Virus record (IMG/VR): IMGVR_UViG_3300037249_000373
Location: 2,876-66,875 of that record
Reading direction: 5' to 3' (one strand)
DNA from: a virus
Taxonomy: Duplodnaviria > Caudoviricetes
DNA: 64,000 nt
In this document: in pieces, positions 45,501-54,500 of the stretch
How positions within the stretch are numbered: the first letter of the stretch is position 1
Layout of the letters: each line of letters starts with the position of its first letter
Notes under the pieces: model-generated
Database searches by the model: none
What the model was told of the DNA's origin: nothing
The model's input: only the letters and a program-made list of their open reading frames with translations
Position numbers and translations under genes: made by a program

Positions 45501-48500
45501 TCTTCCAGATGATTAGGTGTTTGAGGGTTGGTAATAGCATCCATAATAAGTCTATTAGCTGGAGTATCACCATCTTCAAAATCATCAAGAGTTAAGTTAT
45601 CCATAGCTGTATTGAATATCTTGGTTAGTTCCTGTTTAGCTCTAGGGTCTGCATGTCTCCATACAGTATGGGAGTACTCATGTCTCATAGCTTCTGTTTG
45701 AGATTCACCATTATTGGCTTTACCAAGAATAATCTCCTCATTACGAGCAACACCATATTCATCTCTTTCAAGTGATACCTGAGATACATCAATGGTATTA
45801 GAAGCTTCATCCATAAACAAAGTAATAGGTGTGGTAGAGTTAACCATTAAATCATCCAACCAGGATAATTCAGTATCATTGGTATCTACACCTCTTTCTG
45901 AGTCCATACGCTTACATTCATTTAATGCTCCTTTAAGAGATACACTGCCATTAAGCATATCTCTAGTCATATCAGAAAGGTTTCTATTTGCTGGCTTACC
46001 TCTCATGTTTCTAACATCCATATTTACTTGATCAGTAAATTCTTTATTATGAGTAGGTATACGTCTAAATGCATGGAATACACTGGCAATACCATTTACA
46101 GCACTTGTAAACATATTTCTCTTATTAACTTTAATCTCATCAGCTACAGTTTGCATTGCTTTCTTACTGATGTTATTTAAGCTTAAGAAGGTATAGCTAA
46201 AATCAGTACTGTCAGGTACAGTTAAATAAGCATCTGAATAATCAAAGGTATTATCTTTATGGATAAAAGCTAAGTTATTAATGCCTACTGCACTAAGCTT
46301 ATTCTGAATAACACCTAAGCATCTTGCATTAACATTCTTTAAACCTTCATCATAATTATCTACCTCAAGCAGATTCTTATTTATTAAGGACCTATCAATA
46401 AATACTCTCTTATCTGAATTAGAGTCAGAGTTATTAGTTACAAACTTACGTACATTGTTTACATTTAGTTTAGCTTCATCACTTAACCAATCAAATAAAG
46501 GAGTACCTGTTACTAATTCCCATTGACCATAAGATTTAGCAACACTCTGAGCTAGTTCATTCTTAGCTATAGAGGTATCTCTTGTTACCTGGAATACATA
46601 ATAATGAATGTTATTAAGGCTATCAGTTACTTTTATTACTCTTGGTTTAAGGTATTCTCTCCATGTAATACCACCATTTAAGTATTTCTTATAGTCTTCT
46701 TGCATAGCTAATTTAGCCTGGAATACAGCACTGTTAAATTCAGGTAAATCCTTTAATAAACCTACTGTACCTTCATTAACGAGAGAACCATCAGAACACA
46801 TATTAATACCAATAGCATTAGTGTTAATACCATTCTTAGGAGTAAATATAGCACCTATACCGCCATGGTCTGCATCAAACCAAATAGAATCAGAACCAAG
46901 TTTAATATCTTTATAGCCTGTCTTTGTATAAGAGGCATCATTCTCAGGATTATCCTGTAGTATATCATCTAAGTCTATATCCTGTAGTGATCTGTCTCTT
47001 ATGCCATTAGTTTCTAAAGCAATAGTAGGTAATATATTATCCCTATCAGAAGTTTCATTAGACCATGAATCTCTTAGTTCACCTATTTCATTAGTAAAAT
47101 CTATGTCTACATTTGCTTTATCAGAATAGCTAGCTCTGTCTATCTGTTTATAATTACCAGAATCATCAATAGAACCAGATTGAGCTTTTTCACCATAGGC
47201 AGACTTATGCTCTATTAAATAGGACTCTGTTACATCCTGGTTTGATATATTCTGTAATAGCTGTACATTATCCTTAACAGTTCCTCTAGTAAAATGAATA
47301 GTAGGGTTATTACAGGATTGCTTTAAGCGTAATAATAACTCAGATTCCAAATCAGTTTTAGGAGAATTTCTAGTAAGGTCAGATACAGAAGGTACTACTA
47401 CAATAGATGTACCCTGGAACATTTCATAACCCTCAGTACCGGCTCTATCTATCATTCTCTGCAATGCTTGCATACGAAGAATATCCTGGCTTGAACGAAG
47501 AGTAAATACTATCTGTTTGTCACCAGCTTTTAACTTATCTTTATAGTAATTATATACAGCATTAAATATATTGCTATCAAACCATTCAGTTGTAGCAGTA
47601 TTCTTATCATAGTCAGCTCTAGAACCATAAATATTGTTCTTGTTAACTGCTTGTTCAATAACAGTATCTACACCTTCCCAGTCTAATTCACTGGATAAGT
47701 CTATAAAAGTAGTTTTTGTTTTATCAAATTCAGATAGATTAACTTTGAATTGGTCTGTACCAAATCTATGTAACAGCTTTTCAAAAGCTTCTTTCTGTCT
47801 TGTAGATAATCTGTTACCAAGGGATAAGCCTACGGCTTCTCTAAGAATATTCATTATATCCCATGAATTGAAAGAGCCTTTACCAAGCAGTTTATCCTTA
47901 TTAGCCAGGATAGCCTGATATAAGTTTCTAATAACATACATATTGTCAAGATGTAGTACTTTACCAATATCAATCTTAGTAAGAATCTCAAAAGCAGATG
48001 CTATTTTATTATTAGTACCACGACTAGCTAGTCTGTTATTAGTATCTTCAATATTAAATGTCTTTTTATTAGCTATATTGAATAAACCAGATAGATGTAC
48101 TTTATCAATAGTATTAGAACCAGTCTTAAGATGGTCATTAATATCCTTTAAGTATGCAGGTATTAAAGCTCTATTAAGTGCCATTGCATTAAAGATTTTA
48201 TTAAGAGTACCTTCCAGAGTTAAATCAATATATTCTGAATCAAATTTCTTTTTGCTATCATAATAAACGTTTTCTAATCTGGAATTTAGCTCCTCTTCAG
48301 TTATACCTAACTGAGTAAGATGATTATATAACCAGTTCTTTAAGCTTAAATCACCATCTCTTAAAATGCTTGCTATGCTGTCTGTTATAATTTTGTCAGC
48401 ATCAGCCTTTTTGATGAGTTCTTTATAAGCTTCTATTTCCTTTTCTAAATCCTTTTCAGTAGGTTGATAAGCAGAAGACTCATCTAAACTAAACTGGTTT

Positions 48501-51500
48501 ACATAAAATGTTTTATCTCCTCTCTTGGCTTTCTCATAATTAAGTTCAGCCATAGCTAAACCAGAAAATAGAACATCCATTTGAGTACTGTCTTCACACT
48601 GAGCTATAGTACGTTCATATTGAGCTATCAACTTACCAGCGGTATCACCTAGCAGTTCTTTATGGTTTTGAATCCATCTTAGAGAAGCACGTAGTTTTTC
48701 ATCTCTATTTACACACATCTCAGCTATACGCATTCTGTCTGTATAGAATATCTTATTTAATTCAGGCATAGCAGATAACTGATTCAGACCAGCTATCATA
48801 GCATCATGAATAGGTAATCCTTTACCATATCCGTTTCTTAACATATAGTCCTGGAAGTTGGTCATATTGTAACTATCAATAGAATGTACAGTTACAGGTG
48901 ATTGACCAGCCCCTAAACCCTCAAGATAAGGTGAAGTATATTTGGTATTAAGTATTAAAGTACTGCCTCCTTTCATAAGAGTCATAGCACTTAATCTTGT
49001 ATTAACATCCTTAATAAGAGCTTCTTTAAAGGTACTTAACTCAGAACCAGATAAATCAGTACTTTCTTCTATACCCACAATACCAGAGAATATCTTAGTT
49101 AGCTCATTGGCTATATCCTGAGCTTTCTCCATTAAGTCTATATAGGTATATTCTTTAAGATTACCATTTTCATCAGTAAATGCTTTTTTAATAAGTTTCT
49201 CTAATACTACATTATAAGCAAAAGCCTGCTGATTAGTAGCAAGGTTATTATAACTAAGTACTCTCTGACCTTCTTTAAGAGCATCTGATACACTGTTATA
49301 GATAGGATCTAAAACACTTTCAGTTAATTTGGCTTTAGTAACAACATTCTCAGACAGATCTATATTTACTTCTCTTCTGGCTTTCTCATTACTAAAGATA
49401 TTTATACCGATACTGTTTCTATTTTTATCAAGAATATTACCCTCTCTGTCCAGGAAACAATTATTGTCTTCATAAGTAACAGATAAATAACCTTCATTAT
49501 AACCTACTAAGTCCTTAATAAGTTTTCTCATATTATCATTAACTTCACCAGCAAGTACTTTAGATACCTGTTCACTGATAAGCTTTAAGAAATCTAAAGA
49601 TACAGATTCTCTACCGGCACTGTAAGTAATATACATTACCGGGTATTTCATGAAGTTACGAGTCATAATACCTCTAAGGGTATCTACAATATTTGTTGTA
49701 TCCAAGCCATAAATAGACTTAAGTATTTCTGTATTTGGATCATCCTGGAAGTTATTTGTTACAATGCTTTCTAGCGATTTAATAGCTACATTGTATTGAG
49801 AGAATGAACCAGAGATTAAGTAAGTATCAAGGAAACCAGAACTAAGAATATCTACATAGTTTGTAAATACACTTGATAAACCTACACCTGTAGATAACAT
49901 CATATTCAATGGGTCTTGAGTGCCTTCAAATACACCTATCATAGCTCTAATAGCCGGACCATTAGTAGTACCATCTACTTCAATTCTAAGAGTGTAATTA
50001 GATATAGTATTAGATGGATTAAACAACTGAGCTATATCTGTAATAGCATTGGTCCTTCCTTTTGCATCTTTTATTTGTATATCCTTTAATTTAAGTAAAG
50101 TGTATACAGCTTCATGCTTATACTTTATTTGGAATAACTCAGCCTTTTCAGCATTCTTTTCATAATCTGGTTTAATTACATTAAAGCTTACTTCACTGGC
50201 TTTGTCTTCACCTTGTTTTGCATAATCACTAATATCTTCATTAAACTTGTCTATAGCTTTCTGCCAAGTATCAGGCTTATCAGGATCAATGCTTTGTAAT
50301 AGAGTATTAAAGGCATTATGTAATACACCATCTTTTTGACTCAATTTGTCCATTAAAGCACTAATGGCTTCAGGTCTCATTTTATCCCAACCTAGATCAA
50401 AACCATGAAGAATAGGTAATAAGAAATCAGTAGCATTAACTGTATATTTATTAGGATTAGTTGCATCAGGAACAGACCTGTCCTTACCTATAGTAAATTC
50501 CATTTGTCTCATATCGTTCATTTCAAATAAGTTTCTGTACATCTTATTTTCACGATAGTTATCAACAAGATTGTTTACAAACAGTCTGTTATTTACTGTA
50601 TTTTCTTCATCAAAATACATAGGAACAAAAGTATCAGTAGAATTCCATAGTTTATTACCTATAAATTCAGCTGTTTTTAATAAGCTTCTTAAAGCTTGAT
50701 AGTTACGAGTATTGATATTAGTAGCGAATTTACCTTGTTCTTTATTAGGATCTTCATAATCAATCAATAAACCAATATTAGGATGTGCTTTTACTAGCTC
50801 TGCCAATTTCTCAGGCGTATCAAAGTTAATTTCACTAATAGTTACCTTACCAGTAGCATCTATCAAATCTTTGAACATCTGTTTAGTTCTAGGTATATTC
50901 TGTAAAGATGGTTCAATAATATTAGCTAATATCTGAGCTAATCTTAAATGAGATACCTTAGTACCATCTTTCTTAAAGATTATATTATCAGAATAGTAAT
51001 ATGTTTGTTTTATATCCTTCTTTTTACCCTCTAGTTTAATAATACCATTATCTGCATCATGACTAAGTTTAACATCAGTTAAAGTACCCACTTGACCGAA
51101 GCTATCAAGTTCAACACCGTTAGTATATTCAGTTCCTAATTCTTTTTGGTATTCCTGGAATTCTGTTTTAATTCTAGGATTTTTAAGTCTATTGGTATAA
51201 CCAAGTAAGTTATCTAATATACTTACAGTATTACCTGATTCATTGGTAAAGGTATCCATTGTATTTATAGTAGACTGCATATCAGTACCCTTGTTAAGTA
51301 ACTTAACTACAGGCATGGTATTAGCGAATGTAGTACCTTTATCTGCTTTAGTATATTTACCATCAGCTCTGGATAGTCTACCTACTTCTATATAGCCAAG
51401 TTCATGTAATAAAGCAACACAGTGATTACCCATATCTTTTACAAGATTACTGTACATAAGAGCATTATCACTGTCATGCTTATATCCTAAAGCATTGGCA

Positions 51501-54500
51501 CACATTTTACCCATTTGATCTCTTATAGTACCTAAATCCATTACTTTATTTTTAGCAAACCATTCAGCAATAGGTACATTAGGGAATATTTGTGCTAATT
51601 TCTTTAAGAATTCTTCAGAGGCTTCTGTGCTAAAACCAGATAAACTAGCTAATGCTACAGCAGATACTACATTAAGATAGGAATCATTGTAGTAATCACC
51701 TATAGCTTCTATCTGACTAATAAGATGTCTACCAGTAGTATCTACAGCGAATTTTGATCTGGCTACAGATTTAGCATCTTTGATTAAGTTAACTATATCA
51801 TTTAATTGCTCTGAAATACTTGAATCTGTATTGGCAGATATAATTGCATTCAAAGCGTCATCAACTAATAAAGCAGATTTAATTCTAGGCTTAAATAAAC
51901 TGTTATATCTGTTTTCAGTTACATTGAATCTACGTATCTTCTCTATAGAGCTATTATTTGCATTTGGTTTAATAGTCTTTAAAGAACCTTTAGAACCAGT
52001 ATGAGCATAAGTATTATCAATATTCTTTGTATTTATAACTTTAGCAAGTATCTTAGCTATTTCATACTTATCTTCATTACTAATCTTATTTAGAAACTCA
52101 TTGCTAAATGAATCATACAGATTACCATTAGCATCAAATAACTGTTGTTTATTATTATCTAATAATTTCTTATTTTCAGGAGTATTAAAATAAGACTCTA
52201 AGTCACTTAAAGTAACATCGTTATAATTCAATACATCCAGTATACTAACCAAAGAATCAGATGTAATATCTTCCATTCTATAGGCTTGTTTGCCTGTATA
52301 TAAAGGTATAGATTCATTAGCTTGCTTATAGGCTTTTGCTATATTCCTTAATTGAGTTGTAACATCACTAATAGCATTGTTACCTATTCTATTCTCAGCT
52401 ATTACTTTACCTAGCCATAACTTACCAGCATTATTCAAAAAGAATTTTTGTAAGAATGGAGGTAAGTTAGAATTAAGAACATATTTACGTATATTATTCT
52501 TATTAAAAGTATCTAAAGATTGAATATAATTAACAAAACTTATTATGTCTGCTTTATAGTCCTCTTTAACTTTATCTGTTAAGACTGAAGTAAATGTAGT
52601 AGACGTATTAGCATAGGTTTTTTCTACAGCATTTAATATAATCCTTAATTTAGCTGTTTCTCTTTCAGCTGTATCAGTAATAGTACTAATCATATTTAAA
52701 ATGGTAACAGTACCTACAGATACATCGGCTATATCAGTTAAACCAAGATCAGCCTTAATAAAGTTTGTTATATTTTTTACTACATTAGTAAAATCTTTAG
52801 TATTTCTATAAGCAGACTCCCTGGATTTCAAATAGTCTTTAGCTGTAAGCTTAATAGCATTGCCTTCTATAAAACCAAGTAAACCTTGTACTACATTATC
52901 TTGTAATAATGTTCTTGCTACTTGAGCTTTAACCTTGCTATCCAACTTATTAAACATATCCTTAGGATTATCTTTAAAGGCATTAAAGAATTCTTTTACT
53001 TCTTTAATTTCAGTGCTGTCAGCAAAGTCCGTAGCTACGCTACCGGATGGTGTAGAACCATTAGCATCATATTTAAGTTTTAAATATTCCCATACTTCAT
53101 TAGGAAATTGTACATTAGCTAATGCTTGTTCAAAACCAATAAAACCAGAACTTAAAGAATCATTAAATATGGCTCTTACTTCAGCATCCACTATATTAGG
53201 ATCTATTAGGAGAGAGAACATATCGTCAATAAGTGTATCATCAGTTAGCCAGTTAGTTTCTTCATAGGTATCTGTATCAGTTAAACCAAAGTCATTCTTA
53301 CACTTATTATTAAAAGTATTTAATGAATCATATAACTTACCAAAGTTAGTTCTACGTGATTTAGGATTCTCTGAATTCCATTCTTCTTTAGAACCAGCTA
53401 ATAAAGAGAATGTAGTATCTTTAGCGTCAGGTAAAGAATTGTAAGGGAACTCAGTATCTATGATAGCAATAAGGTTATCTATAGCTGTCTTAAATGGCTT
53501 AATAGGATATACTCTATCACCGCTAATAAAATTAGCATCATTAACTAATCTGTTTAGCTTGGCTTGTATAAAGTGTAACTGGTCTACATTAAGCTTGGAT
53601 AGGTTCTTACTTTTTAAAGCACTTACAATACCATTGTAGTCTAACTCAGTAAGGTTTGTACCATCATAAAGATTTACTAAACCAAAGTTAAACAGAACAT
53701 CTGCTAAGTATTGCTGTAATTCATTATTATCAGACTTGGCATTTAAGAAACCAGTTAAGCCTAATCTTTTAGCTTCACTGTTAACCATCTTATTAGCTTC
53801 ATTTACATGTCTTATCTGATTCTTTATATAGGTACTCTTCTTAACTCTCTTAACTACATCAGAGAAACCTCTCATACGATAAGTACCTTCTCTTTTAAGG
53901 GACTTATTTGCTTTATTGCTATTCCAACTCTGGATTGCTTTTTCATTACCATCAGGTAAAAGGTTATTAATAACATCAAATACTTCTTGAGATTTATCAA
54001 GTTTATTGATGTCTTCTAAAGTAATGTCTTTAGCATCTTTCTTTAATGCTCTTCCTAATTTATTAGATAAGTTCTTATTATCATTTAAAAATTGTTTAAA
54101 CTCTTTATTAGCCTCAGTAAGTGTAGCATTTTTTACACCTGTTAAATCAGTTTTATCAAGTGAGATGACCTTACGTAAATTAGCATATTGATTATCTTCA
54201 GATTTAACTATGTAATACTTCTCAGTTCCATCTGATTTCTTAACAGATTTGATTTTAATAGTATTATTATCAATAAGCTTTTTATAGTCTTTTTCTATTT
54301 GTTCTTTAGAGTCATATACCTTAGCATTTTCAGATTCATAGATAGCATTATGTAGTTTAATAGACTCATCAAGTTTGGCTTTATTATCCTTAATAGCTTT
54401 AATAGTACCAGCTTCATCTGTAGTACCATATTTAGCTTTAAGAGCTTCTTTTTGTTCATCAGTTAGAGTAGCATATTTACTGTCTATATCCTCCATTTTG

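Noticed and set aside
53031-53043. GTAGC-TAC-GCTAC hairpin inside vRNAP as a definite promoter
   Set aside because: Different stem sequence, deep within a gene on the opposite strand. It could be chance, so it is only counted as a possible family member.
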